64,000 nucleotides of DNA from a virus (IMGVR_UViG_3300028364_000013), one strand, 5' to 3'. Counted from the stretch's first letter, positions 20,041 through 29,922 are shown. The notes: generated by a model not told the origin, from the letters alone. Translations and numbers: made by a program.

Positions 20041-20876
20041 ACTCCCATTTTTTCTTCTATTACAAAACTTGTCCCTTGAATTATCAAAGAAGTAGATGCC
20101 ATAGTTGGATTCATTTGATTGATTCTCTCAATTGTATCTTGACCATGATGATAAGTATACAAATTACTAAACTTATCTAACACTGGAACCAGCAAGTCGA
20201 AATGTGTATGTGGATTTTGCTCATGAACCAAAGATGTCATATCGTGAAATATAAACACATTTTCTGGTTTATCATAAACAAAAGAATAATCCTCTGGGCT
20301 CATTAGATTTATAATCGGAATGTTTATATCTCCACTATAAATTAAAACAGCATAATCATCTCCAGTAGAAAAATGAAAAAGCAGCCCTGAGTTAGGAAAA
20401 TTATCAACTGGCCAGTGGTTATTTGAAGTATCTATCTTTGTGATGCTAATAGCTTCATCTTCAATATAAACATTGTCTACATTAATTGTATACTGCTCTT
20501 CTGGGTGTCCAGTTATCTTAAGATATTGCTTTAAATAAACAGCAACAGCTGGAGAACACTCGATTGCTGTAACAAGATTATGAACATAATACCTATCATA
20601 AATTAATGTTGACAACCCTGAAATATGGTCAGAATGTGTATGAGTAATAAACACTCTATCTATCTCTTTGGTCATTTTCTTTTTTTTCAAATACACATAG
20701 GAAGTATATCCACAATCAATTAAAAATATTTTACCTAATTGTGTTTCAAAAATAGCGCTTGACTCACCTTCTTCTACATCAAAAGCTCCTCCAATTCCAA
20801 GGAACTTTATATCTAAAAGCTTCTTTCCTTTCGTTTTGTTTAAATAATAATCAGTTCCTTTTTTAATATCAAACAT
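20037..20876 (-). CDS. metallo-beta-lactamase fold hydrolase (RNase Z/BN-like)
   Basis: FLGIGGAF, LIDCG, THTHSDHISG, YSGD. Confidence 0.82.
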   Translation of the reverse strand: MFDIKKGTDYYLNKTKGKKLLDIKFLGIGGAFDVEEGESSAIFETQLGKIFLIDCGYTSYVYLKKKKMTKEIDRVFITHTHSDHISGLSTLIYDRYYVHNLVTAIECSPAVAVYLKQYLKITGHPEEQYTINVDNVYIEDEAISITKIDTSNNHWPVDNFPNSGLLFHFSTGDDYAVLIYSGDINIPIINLMSPEDYSFVYDKPENVFIFHDMTSLVHEQNPHTHFDLLVPVLDKFSNLYTYHHGQDTIERINQMNPTMASTSLIIQGTSFVIEEKMGV

Positions 20877-20897
20877 TTGTTTTTTTTTAATTCATAG

Positions 20898-20929
20898 CAA
20901 ATTTAATAATTAATTATTGATTTTGCAAA
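20898..20929 (-). promoter_or_regulatory. Bacteroidota-type promoter (TTTG-N20-TAAATTTG)
   Basis: both boxes match consensus. Confidence 0.6.
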
Positions 20930-20969
20930 AAATTTTATATTTATTAATATACTCACGAAAACCATATAA

Positions 20970-21881
20970 ATGAAAACCTTACAAACCAATATTACTTATA
21001 TATATAACCTATCAAGCTCTGATGAGCCAAATAATGTTAGATACATAGGGAAATCAGATACTCCAAATATAAGAATAAAAAAACATATACAAGAATCAAA
21101 GAGACTTAATTCAACCCACAAACACAGGTGGATTAATAAAAAGATTTCACAAGGATATGAAATTAAGATTAATATTTTAAAAATAGTAAACAAAATGTTT
21201 TGGAAAAATGCTGAAATATTTTTCATAAATTCATTTCAAGATTATGATTTAACAAACTTTGCAAAAGGAGGAAATGGTGGATGTCCAAGCAAGTACACCT
21301 ACTCATATAGTGATACTAAAAATTGGATTAAAAAAAATATAAACGCAAATAGCAGTAGAGAATGGTTTAAATTAACTAAAGAAAATAAAATACCCGACTT
21401 TATTCCAAATGCACCACAAGATGTTTACAATAAAGAGTGGATTAGTTGGAATGACTTTTTAGACTCTAATAACAAGAAACCATCAGATTATAAATATATT
21501 ACATTAAATGAATCTAAAAAATATGTTAATGAAAATTTTAAAGTTAAATCTAAATTAGAATGGAGAGACTTAGTTTTGAGTGGAAAAATACCAGAATCAA
21601 TACCAAGCAGACCAGAAAGATATTACAAAAATAGAGGTTGGACATCTTGGGGTGATTTTTTTGGAACTGATAATAAAGGAACTCATAACGTAGAATATCT
21701 AAATTATAATGATGCAAAAAAATATGTTCAAAACAATTTTAAAAATATAAAAACAGAAAAGCTTTGGAGAGAATTAGTCAAAAACAAATTAATACCAAGT
21801 TTTATCCCAGGAACACCGCAGAGATATTACAATAAAAAGGGGTGGATTAATTGGTATGATTGGTTTGGAAAATCATTCTGA
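20970..21881 (+). mobile_element. GIY-YIG endonuclease with integrase-repeat-like units (paralogue of 16683 gene)
   Basis: YIYNLS...RYIGKS...IKKHIQES...HKHRWI; three EW..IPxxPxxxY..W..W.D repeats. Confidence 0.78.
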
Positions 21882-22029
21882 CCACCATTTTATTTTTGGC
21901 CTTATGTGTAATCTATGATGATTAATAGAGCTCAAAACTCTTATGAAATGACTAAGTTTATATTTTGGATTACCACTATATTTAACTTTATACTCTTCAT
22001 ATAAATCTGAAAGACTTTTTTTCATAATA

Positions 22030-23244
22030 TTATACCTTATCTACCAAAAACAACCCAAGTTTCTTCATCCCCAACTCTAAATCCTCTTTCAAAGTGCTGA
22101 ACATCACTTCGTTTTCTGGATTTCCTTTAATTGTATGTTTAGAATACAAGCTATTAATAAATTTACAATGGTCAACAAGACCTAAGAACAAAATATTAGG
22201 CTGAAGGTTAATCATTGATTTCATATACTTAAACTGAAGGTCAGTACTGTTAAATGTGTCTGTCTTCATTCCTCGAACTCCTGCAGAAGTTAATCGTGCA
22301 AGTGTGTATGATAAATAAAGCCCTGGAGAATTCTTTGGATTATCAAGCATCTTCATGTTAATATTCTTATCCTTGGTTGGGTCAATTTTAATAATAAACC
22401 CAGCAAGCACATTGTACACAAGCTCCCAATCATTATTAAACTTCTCAAGACAATCTTCTATGATGTCTGAAAAATAAATAACATTCCCATCTCGACTGGA
22501 CATTTTTGCTCCAGTAACTTTAACAAGACCAAGACCAATGTGATTTGTGGTTGGATGAAACTTCTTAAGAGTTCCAAAATGATTATTTTGCTCATGACCA
22601 GTTAAATACAAAGTAGGGGCATTAAGCTTTTTGGCCAATGCCATATCTTGATAGAAGTAACTTGTTGAGCCATCGCTCTTAACTCCTACAATCTTTTCCT
22701 CTCCAGTATCAAATACCTTGGTTCCTTCATATTTACCTTCTCCGCCCTTCAATAGGTCTCCAGTATATTTCATGTTAGATGCATAGAATACATCGCTTAC
22801 ATCAAGACCAAATGTCTCACAGTACGTTTCATACATATTATACGCTTCATGCTTCTCAACTTTACCTTCAAGCGTATCTCCAAGAATAGAAATAAACTTC
22901 TCGCCAACTTCCATATTTTGAAATGTCTTAGCAAGAATAAAATTGGACATGTGACCAACGTGAAGATGTTTATTTAGATTTGGACTGAATCCATCAACGT
23001 ATTTATATTGACTAAATTTCTCAAAGCATTCTGAAATATCAAAGTTCTTTGGCACCAGAATGTTTGTGTAAGGTTTTGAGTCCTCCAATCGAAAACCCCA
23101 AGAATTAGCCCATTCAACTATTTCTTGACTTGCTTCTCCATATACACATAATCCAAATGAACCATCTTTGGATGGAGTAGTTCGAATATCATTTATGTTA
23201 ATCTTTTTCATATTATTTATCTCTTTCGTGAATTGGTATTTCAC
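22030..23244 (-). CDS. argS: short arginyl-tRNA synthetase-like protein
   Basis: FSPNLNKHLHVGH, KSDGSTSYFYQD, TGHEQNNHF, GAKMSSRDGN, YLSYTLARL. Confidence 0.8.
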   Translation of the reverse strand: MKYQFTKEINNMKKININDIRTTPSKDGSFGLCVYGEASQEIVEWANSWGFRLEDSKPYTNILVPKNFDISECFEKFSQYKYVDGFSPNLNKHLHVGHMSNFILAKTFQNMEVGEKFISILGDTLEGKVEKHEAYNMYETYCETFGLDVSDVFYASNMKYTGDLLKGGEGKYEGTKVFDTGEEKIVGVKSDGSTSYFYQDMALAKKLNAPTLYLTGHEQNNHFGTLKKFHPTTNHIGLGLVKVTGAKMSSRDGNVIYFSDIIEDCLEKFNNDWELVYNVLAGFIIKIDPTKDKNINMKMLDNPKNSPGLYLSYTLARLTSAGVRGMKTDTFNSTDLQFKYMKSMINLQPNILFLGLVDHCKFINSLYSKHTIKGNPENEVMFSTLKEDLELGMKKLGLFLVDKV

Positions 23245-23842
23245 CTAAATTTAACTTATCATTTTGAGCTAATTCTATTAAATACTTAGATTGCTCCTCA
23301 TACATTCCCATGCACTTGGTTCCATACTGCTTTGGGTATTCATAATCCTCTTCAAATCTTGGGTAGAAATTCAAAGCTGTTCCTATTGTCATGTGAAGAC
23401 CAAAGTAAGGCCTTGCATTCAATCCAAGCTCCTCTCTAATTGATTGCAACTCATCCCTATATTCATAAGGAACAGTTAGCCACCAGTTAAGATAGTCATG
23501 TTTTCTATTCTTAATTCCCAAGAATGGGTCAACGTGAACAACGACATCAATTCTTTTTCCATCCCACTTCTTCTTAACTTTCTCCCAGTCTCCATTCATA
23601 TCAGAAGCTCTATCATTTACAAAAGTGACATGAGCATCTCTTAAAGGGCTCTGAAGAGGAAGGTTGTAGCGTTTCTTGATGAACCAAGCGTAATAATCTG
23701 AAATACCTTTCTCATTCATACCAAGGTCTGGCTCAAGCATAACCATGGCAGTCTTCTTCCACTCACCTTGCCTTGATTGCTTGGATGTCATCTCCTTTGG
23801 GTCGAATAATATTGTACCTGTTATTTTAATTACGTTTTCCAT
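23213..23842 (-). CDS. putative 2H phosphoesterase
   Basis: two HxT motifs: DAHVTFV and GLHMTIG. Confidence 0.6.
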   Translation of the reverse strand: MENVIKITGTILFDPKEMTSKQSRQGEWKKTAMVMLEPDLGMNEKGISDYYAWFIKKRYNLPLQSPLRDAHVTFVNDRASDMNGDWEKVKKKWDGKRIDVVVHVDPFLGIKNRKHDYLNWWLTVPYEYRDELQSIREELGLNARPYFGLHMTIGTALNFYPRFEEDYEYPKQYGTKCMGMYEEQSKYLIELAQNDKLNLGEIPIHERDK

Positions 23843-23874
23843 TTCTGAAATATAAATATTTAATTTTTAAAAAC

Positions 23875-23902
23875 AAAAAAGGGCCCGATTTACGAGCCCT
23901 TT
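23875..23902 (-). terminator. intrinsic terminator
   Basis: GGGCUCG-UAAAU-CGGGCCC followed by U6. Confidence 0.7.
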
Positions 23903-23933
23903 ATATACCTTGAATCCAGTGGGTAGAGATATG

Positions 23934-24425
23934 TTAGACTTTCTTGTGAATTGTCCAGATACCTCTACCTTCTGTATTAAAAGTGGTATAATCACTCTCA
24001 TATTTTAAAATTATTCCAGTTTTAAGAGTAAAGCTCATTGTGAAATCTTCTCCTGTTACTGTAAAAACAGCGCAATCAGCAACTGGAGCAACTTCTATGT
24101 TTTTTACAACTGTTGTGTCGCCATTGAATACCATTTCGCCTCCAATATATTCTGGAGTATCAAATATAATACAACTTAACCCAGCAATCTTCCTTCCATT
24201 AGAAAGGGTTACAGTTTCATCATCTGTACAAACCCTTGTTTCAATATCGTACCCTGAAATGTCGCAAGCCCCTACTAAGTAAGGTAGCGTTCCTTCTGAA
24301 GTATAAGTATCAGTACCAGTTGATTGATATACTGTCCAAGTTATTGTTGAATCTGTTTTAGATGCGCTTTGAGCATCAGTGTTTGCTGACATAATCAGCG
24401 CAAGCAATAGTAAAAGTGTTTTCAT
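23934..24425 (-). CDS. secreted hypothetical protein
   Basis: signal peptide MKTLLLLLALIMSANTDAQ. Confidence 0.65.
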   Translation of the reverse strand: MKTLLLLLALIMSANTDAQSASKTDSTITWTVYQSTGTDTYTSEGTLPYLVGACDISGYDIETRVCTDDETVTLSNGRKIAGLSCIIFDTPEYIGGEMVFNGDTTVVKNIEVAPVADCAVFTVTGEDFTMSFTLKTGIILKYESDYTTFNTEGRGIWTIHKKV

Positions 24426-24427
24426 AA

Positions 24428-24835
24428 TTATTTTGTTAGAATTGCGTCAGCCTTAGTTTTTACAACATTCATATCAGCGTTCAACCCTTTGAACCCTCCC
24501 ATGATTCTTCCGATGTGGTTTGCACCACCATCAACAAGTTCTTTAAGTTTCTCATCAATTTCAGCATCAGACATTTGCTTTGGCAAGATAGAATCAATGA
24601 AAGCAATCTCCACATCAGTAAGAGAAGGGTTTCCAGTCTTATCAATAGCTTCACTGTTCTTCTTAAGCATTTTTTTAAGCTCCTTAGATACCTCATCATC
24701 AGAAATATTCTTAGGGTCTTTCGACTCTCTTTCAATTTCACCTTTGATAGTTCCGATTACATTCTTCAAATCAAGCTCCTTAGCTTTGTAAGCGTCAGTG
24801 AATGCTGTTTTGACCTGTTCAATTAAAGTTGACAT
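24428..24835 (-). CDS. yqeY: GatB/YqeY domain protein
   Basis: AFTDAYKAKE, ILPKQMSDAEI, GRIMG, ADM. Confidence 0.8.
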   Translation of the reverse strand: MSTLIEQVKTAFTDAYKAKELDLKNVIGTIKGEIERESKDPKNISDDEVSKELKKMLKKNSEAIDKTGNPSLTDVEIAFIDSILPKQMSDAEIDEKLKELVDGGANHIGRIMGGFKGLNADMNVVKTKADAILTK

Positions 24836-24853
24836 ATTTTTTATTATTTAAGG

Positions 24854-24884
24854 CGAAGTTAAAACAAAAATGTTAACCCGCAAA
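24854..24884 (-). promoter_or_regulatory. Bacteroidota-type promoter (TTTG-N19-TAACTTCG)
   Basis: -33 exact, -7 with TTCG variant. Confidence 0.55.
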
Positions 24885-24901
24885 ATTTATTTATAATTAT
24901 T

Positions 24902-26005
24902 TTATTTAAGCTCTAAGGCTATGTTGGCAATCTTTCTAACTTGAGAGCTATTAAGACCATCAACTTCTTTTTTCAACCTTTTAATAAGGTCTGGATATTG
25001 ATGCTCCAGTTCTTCATAAGAAAGCTCACCCTCTGGATAAATCATTTCTGATATTGAATCCTCTTCTTCTTCCCAGACAGCAATGTCTCCATTACTTATG
25101 AACATAAGGTCTCTTTTGTCAAGTGGCTCATTCAAAATGTGCTTCTTAAAATACTTGAAGAACCTATCTCCAGATACAGCAAAAAGAGTGTCATACTTCT
25201 CTGAAAGTCCACCCATCTTAACATTGTAGTGTGTTTGAATCCTGGCTTCTTTAAGAGCTTTTCCTCCTTTCGATATTGTCGAGTTCTTAATAACTTTATA
25301 GTGAGTCATCATATCAATGCCTTCACTTTCAATTATATTTCCAACTGCAGTAAGCAAAATATTAACCCTACCAACAGCAAGCTTGTGGTCAGGTCGAAGC
25401 CTTACTATGAATTCATCATGACTAATGAAAACAAAATCATCCTCTTCAAAATCATGACCTTCAATTAACGCATCAACAATTTTTACAATGTTGCTATGCT
25501 GTCTTCTTTGAAGTCTCTTAGGATTTGTGTTTCCAAACACATATTGTCTAAATGACTTTGACTTAGAAAGAGTTGGATGCACGTCCATTTGCAAGCAAAA
25601 ATCTTCCCAAGAACTTCCAAGAACTCCAAAAGAGTCAAATGTTTTAAGGGCGCTGTAGTTTGCTGACTTGAAATCTATAGAAATCAAATATGTATCATCA
25701 TTATTTTTAATTACATCCTTTGTTCTTAATTTATCTGACATCTCCCAGTTCATAAGATTTTTATGAGGCTCAGAGTTGATGATGAAGTTTTTAAGAAGAG
25801 GCAAAGCATAGTCAAGCTTGTAAGACTTTGCGCTTTTATACCCAAGCTCTTCAACATCTCTCTCATATTGCTCAAACTCTTTTACAAGAAGACCAACCCC
25901 AGCATAAAAAGGAGATTTCATCATCGTATCTAAGTAATACTGATAATACTCCTCCACTGGGAAGTTAACTTTAAATAATTTCTGAAATTCTGCTATATCT
26001 TTCAT
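24902..26005 (-). CDS. hypothetical protein, possible divergent polymerase palm
   Basis: ISIDFKSANY and ISHDEFIV resemble polymerase motifs A and C. Confidence 0.5.
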   Translation of the reverse strand: MKDIAEFQKLFKVNFPVEEYYQYYLDTMMKSPFYAGVGLLVKEFEQYERDVEELGYKSAKSYKLDYALPLLKNFIINSEPHKNLMNWEMSDKLRTKDVIKNNDDTYLISIDFKSANYSALKTFDSFGVLGSSWEDFCLQMDVHPTLSKSKSFRQYVFGNTNPKRLQRRQHSNIVKIVDALIEGHDFEEDDFVFISHDEFIVRLRPDHKLAVGRVNILLTAVGNIIESEGIDMMTHYKVIKNSTISKGGKALKEARIQTHYNVKMGGLSEKYDTLFAVSGDRFFKYFKKHILNEPLDKRDLMFISNGDIAVWEEEEDSISEMIYPEGELSYEELEHQYPDLIKRLKKEVDGLNSSQVRKIANIALELK

Positions 26006-26310
26006 TATGCGTCTATTGCTTCTTTTGCTCCTTCTGGAACATTGTTTTCAATCTCAACAACTATCTTTCTAAATAAAGCTGAGTCATGGTCTCTACTTGA
26101 CTCAATATCTTTAGATTCTATAATTCTGTTTTGCCCACCGAACCATTGGAAAATTGTATTCTCTTCAGTTCCATAACAATCCAATCCTTAACTCAAGATT
26201 CTTTGCCTTGTAGGCATCAGTAAATGCTGTTTTGATTTTTTCAATTAAAGTTGACATATTTTTATTATTTAGTAGCGAAGTTAAAACAAAATTGTTAACT
26301 TGCAAAATTT
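26005..26310 (-). pseudogene. duplicated yqeY promoter and 5' end fused out of frame to a gene remnant
   Basis: MSTLIEKIKTAFTDAYKAKNLEL from 26257 stops early (TGA); a second frame reads GLDCYGTEENTIFQWFGG...AKEAIDA* coupled (TAATG) to the 26005 gene. Confidence 0.7.
26276..26306 (-). promoter_or_regulatory. Bacteroidota-type promoter, duplicate of 24854-24884
   Basis: TTTG-N19-TAACTTCG. Confidence 0.55.
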
Positions 26311-26328
26311 ATTTTTAATTCTGAATTT

Positions 26329-27858
26329 TTATAAATTTTTTAATAAAAATTCTTTTTTAGAAAGCTTTGCATTTATTTCACTCTCAATCTCTGCCTCAAG
26401 GTTCTCAATAAGTTCTCCAATATTAGGAATCTTAATTTTTATATCATTCAATCCATTCAACTCTTCAACTTCTGGAATTCCATTTACTCTTGATGATGAA
26501 ATAATATCCTCTGATGGATTGAACCCGTAACTTCGAAGCTCTGTTATCAGCTGAGTCAAATTAACTCTATCATCTTCATTACTCTGAATTACATTTGGAA
26601 TAATTATATAAGCATATGGCTTATTGAATAGGTGTAAGTCATCTGGAGTTATAATTCCCTCCTGTAGTTTTTGTCTATCGTCTTTATCAAGGCGTGCGGC
26701 TCTACCAAAAGTTTGAAGGAACTTGCTTTTATTTAAAGTTCTTAATGGCATAATTCCAGTGAAGCCATTAATAGATATTCCTTCAGCCATTGTATCGTAA
26801 TGAAGAACAATTATTTTCTTTGATTTATTGTTTTCATCCTTCTTTAAATTCTTTAAAAAGGTTTGTCTCCTAAATTTTTCTCCATTAATATCATTTCCTA
26901 TTTCTTCGTGTGATGCAATGGAATAAATGTCAACCCCATCCTGTCTAAGCATTTTGTATTCTTTGCTTGCAATAAACTTTTTAATATCTCCAGTACCTTT
27001 CACAGAAATTAAAATCTTTGGACTTAATTTATCGCCAATAGCAGCTCCGTGTTGATTAAAAGACTCATAGATAATCTTGCTAATGCTTTTATCATAATCC
27101 ATGCTATTATAAACATCATCTGTCTTAACGATATGCAATCGAGGACGTATCATTTTTCCAAGCGCAATGGCCTCTCGTGGAATCATTTGATAAAGTATGT
27201 TTCCATACAATTTTGCATTATTCATACCACGACCACTATCAGAAGGGGTATTGATTAAAGTTGCTGTAAAGAAATAACAACGAGAAGAAGACATTGTGTG
27301 CAAAATATCATGAAACTGTTCCTGAACAAGGTAATGAGCCTCATCATTAAGGATAATTGATATTGGTTGCTTATAAAGCTGTTGTCTAGCCATTTCAATT
27401 TTATCAGCAGAATTATATGTCGAAAACATAATCAAGGGAAGTTCCTGTTCCTTGGATTTTTTCATCATATCCTTGATACCATCAACTGATGTTCCAGAGC
27501 CTATTTCTGAAAAAGGAATATCGTGACCATCAACATTAGCCTCCACTCTCATTGCTTCAAGTTCGGATTCTTCTGTCTTTCCACCTGAGTGTACAAAGGA
27601 ATATCTTGCTTCGATTCCATAGTGAACAAGAAATCCATACACCTCTTTAAGAAGTTGGTATGTTAAAAGAATTCTTGGCGCATTGATTACATACATTCTA
27701 AACTGGTCTGGGTTCATCGCAATGTCATTTGCAATAATTGCAGCCTGGCAAAATGTCTTTCCCGTGCCTGTCGGAAGACATATAATTCCCTTGTAATTGT
27801 AAAAAGTAGTTGTAACCGAATCCTTTTGGTAAGGATATAGCCTGTCTAATACATTCAT
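26329..27858 (-). CDS. superfamily 2 helicase (type III/ISP restriction-like)
   Basis: LPTGTGKT, NDEAHY, FTAT, MAEGISI, QTFGRAAR. Confidence 0.85.
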   Translation of the reverse strand: MNVLDRLYPYQKDSVTTTFYNYKGIICLPTGTGKTFCQAAIIANDIAMNPDQFRMYVINAPRILLTYQLLKEVYGFLVHYGIEARYSFVHSGGKTEESELEAMRVEANVDGHDIPFSEIGSGTSVDGIKDMMKKSKEQELPLIMFSTYNSADKIEMARQQLYKQPISIILNDEAHYLVQEQFHDILHTMSSSRCYFFTATLINTPSDSGRGMNNAKLYGNILYQMIPREAIALGKMIRPRLHIVKTDDVYNSMDYDKSISKIIYESFNQHGAAIGDKLSPKILISVKGTGDIKKFIASKEYKMLRQDGVDIYSIASHEEIGNDINGEKFRRQTFLKNLKKDENNKSKKIIVLHYDTMAEGISINGFTGIMPLRTLNKSKFLQTFGRAARLDKDDRQKLQEGIITPDDLHLFNKPYAYIIIPNVIQSNEDDRVNLTQLITELRSYGFNPSEDIISSSRVNGIPEVEELNGLNDIKIKIPNIGELIENLEAEIESEINAKLSKKEFLLKNL

Positions 27859-27863
27859 GATTT

Positions 27864-28451
27864 TTATATTTCTTTAACAATTTCTCTAACTTTATTCCAG
27901 AATGGCATATTATTATCTACCATTGACTTAAGTTGCTTATATCCAACACATCGAACTTTGCTCTTAAACATCTCCTGGTCTGTGTAAAAGTGAAGACCCT
28001 CAGCGGTTGTAAACACAAAGTGACGATAATTCTTTGGATTATCATTGTCTGATACAACGTTGTGTGCGAGCATTCCATCTGAGAATAGATTGGATAGGTG
28101 GTCAATGTTTGAGGTCAGCAGAGACTGTGTATTGGCTCTGAATTTAATTTGAACCACACATGGTTCCATCTTAATATTAACTCCAATTCCATCAACTCCA
28201 TTATCATTTGATTGAACTGGCGAATAGTTATATACTCCAAGTCTGCTATCAACTGGATGAAGTGCAAGAAGAAGTTCAATGAAAAATTCAAACCCATCTC
28301 CAAGGTACATATTTGATTCATATCTTGCTGGGTCAATTAAAGAATGCTCTTCAAGTCTTTTCATAAAAGCAGACATTCTATTGACACCTTCAAATAGGCC
28401 AGCAAGGTCGTGAGACTTTGTTTGGAATTGATGTTGCAGATTGATTTTCAT
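27864..28451 (-). CDS. Mrr-like PD-(D/E)xK nuclease candidate
   Basis: GDGFEFF, DNGVDGIG...VVQIKFR (QxK variant), FVFTTA. Confidence 0.6.
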   Translation of the reverse strand: MKINLQHQFQTKSHDLAGLFEGVNRMSAFMKRLEEHSLIDPARYESNMYLGDGFEFFIELLLALHPVDSRLGVYNYSPVQSNDNGVDGIGVNIKMEPCVVQIKFRANTQSLLTSNIDHLSNLFSDGMLAHNVVSDNDNPKNYRHFVFTTAEGLHFYTDQEMFKSKVRCVGYKQLKSMVDNNMPFWNKVREIVKEI

Positions 28452-28475
28452 AATTTTCTTATTGGTTCTAACTTG

Positions 28476-28501
28476 TTATACGCAGATAATAAAAAAATGT
28501 T
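28476..28501 (-). promoter_or_regulatory. AACAT-N14-CGTATAA motif
   Basis: exact match upstream of the nuclease-helicase pair. Confidence 0.7.
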
Positions 28502-28714
28502 TCACACCCAGACAGGACTTTCAACTTCAAATCCTAATAATTCAATATCAAATGACTTCTGAGTTCTTTGCTCCAGCGGCAAACAGTTCCATTCTTTGAT
28601 TAAGTCTCTTGAGTGACAATATCTCTCAAAGTCTGTCATTGACATATATTCATGGTACGACAAGAAGTGTCCTGCCATCTCAATCATATCCTCTTGTGCC
28701 AATTTAATCTCCAT
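28502..28714 (-). CDS. hypothetical protein
   Basis: 70 aa ORF directly after a promoter motif. Confidence 0.6.
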   Translation of the reverse strand: MEIKLAQEDMIEMAGHFLSYHEYMSMTDFERYCHSRDLIKEWNCLPLEQRTQKSFDIELLGFEVESPVWV

Positions 28715-28720
28715 AATTTA

Positions 28721-28746
28721 TTATACGAAGAAATTAAATAAATGTT
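28721..28746 (-). promoter_or_regulatory. AACAT-N14-CGTATAA motif
   Basis: exact match. Confidence 0.7.
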
Positions 28747-28757
28747 TCAAATATGCA

Positions 28758-28787
28758 AAAAAGTCAAACTGTGGAGCTTGACTTTTT
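28758..28787. terminator. terminator hairpin, copy 1 of an exact 30-bp direct repeat
   Basis: AAAAAGTCAAACTGTGGAGCTTGACTTTTT. Confidence 0.7.
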
Positions 28788-28811
28788 GTTAAATTAAGAA
28801 TTTTGGACGGA

Positions 28812-29348
28812 TTATTTTTTTATCATAAGGACTTGATTATGTTCATATGAGGAGTCAAAGTTATCTGGGCCAAAAATATGGAAATTATCTTTAAAATTAT
28901 CAAATGCATTTGAATATAATTTCATTCTTCTTGGCTCTGCTGAAAACATTATCCTATCTTCATTGTGTTTTTCTGAGAAATAATTAATAAGCCAAACTAG
29001 GTGGGATAAAATAGCAAATTGTTCATGCACTCCAGTTATCTGACTAAAGGCTACGCTGTTGTTTGGATTCTCATCTGAACTATAAAAGTTTACTGCATAA
29101 AAACCTATTATGCCATCATCACTTAATGACTCCGCTGATGCCTCTATTACATCTTGATTTTTTGTTTTTACTTTTGTCTGCTTAAGGGATAAATAATATA
29201 CATTTCCATTTTCTGTTTTAAAACCATATTGAAATTCTGACCCCATATCAAATTCCTCAAAAAAAGGTGGTTCTGTTGCTGTGGTAACAGTTTCAGTGAA
29301 CAAGAGTTCACTTAATAATTTTCTCACTTCTTCTCTTATATTTTTCAT
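28812..29348 (-). CDS. hypothetical protein
   Basis: 178 aa ORF. Confidence 0.65.
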   Translation of the reverse strand: MKNIREEVRKLLSELLFTETVTTATEPPFFEEFDMGSEFQYGFKTENGNVYYLSLKQTKVKTKNQDVIEASAESLSDDGIIGFYAVNFYSSDENPNNSVAFSQITGVHEQFAILSHLVWLINYFSEKHNEDRIMFSAEPRRMKLYSNAFDNFKDNFHIFGPDNFDSSYEHNQVLMIKK

Positions 29349-29351
29349 AAT

Positions 29352-29849
29352 TTACAAATTTAAAACTGATGTTGAACCTGTTTTTTGTGTTTTAAAACTT
29401 GAGCTCTCTTTTATAAAGTCTCTATTTTTTTTCCAAAAAGATAGATTATTCAATTTATCATTTGCTCCTCCCCAAATATAATCGTACTTATCTTTAAAAT
29501 ATCCTCTTTCAAATTGGATGAACTTTGACCCTAGTCCAATTCTCTGAAAGTCTGGGTGGATGCAGAATAAAGCGCCATGAAGACCTTTTTTTCCCTCATA
29601 ATAAGCAGCCTCATCCTCAAGCCATGCATGGCAAATATTAGACTCACAAAGAGAGTGAAAGCCAACTCTATTTCCGTCAACAAGCATAACAAGGTCATCT
29701 TCATCAAATCCGTGATTTAATATTGAATCAGCTACAAATTCTAAAGATAAAAAACTATCAAATGGTTTAAATGTTCTTAGAATTAATCTCGCAACTCCAA
29801 ACCTATCTTTGTTTGTTGCTTTTCTTATTGTATATTCAAATGGTTCCAT
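29352..29849 (-). CDS. GNAT-family acetyltransferase
   Basis: FCIHPDFQRIGLGS acetyl-CoA binding motif. Confidence 0.72.
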   Translation of the reverse strand: MEPFEYTIRKATNKDRFGVARLILRTFKPFDSFLSLEFVADSILNHGFDEDDLVMLVDGNRVGFHSLCESNICHAWLEDEAAYYEGKKGLHGALFCIHPDFQRIGLGSKFIQFERGYFKDKYDYIWGGANDKLNNLSFWKKNRDFIKESSSFKTQKTGSTSVLNL

Positions 29850-29922
29850 TGACTATAAATAGATTTATTTTAAAACTTTTTCTGAGTGTAAATTGGTGAG
29901 ATTTAAGATGGTGCTTAAAAAT

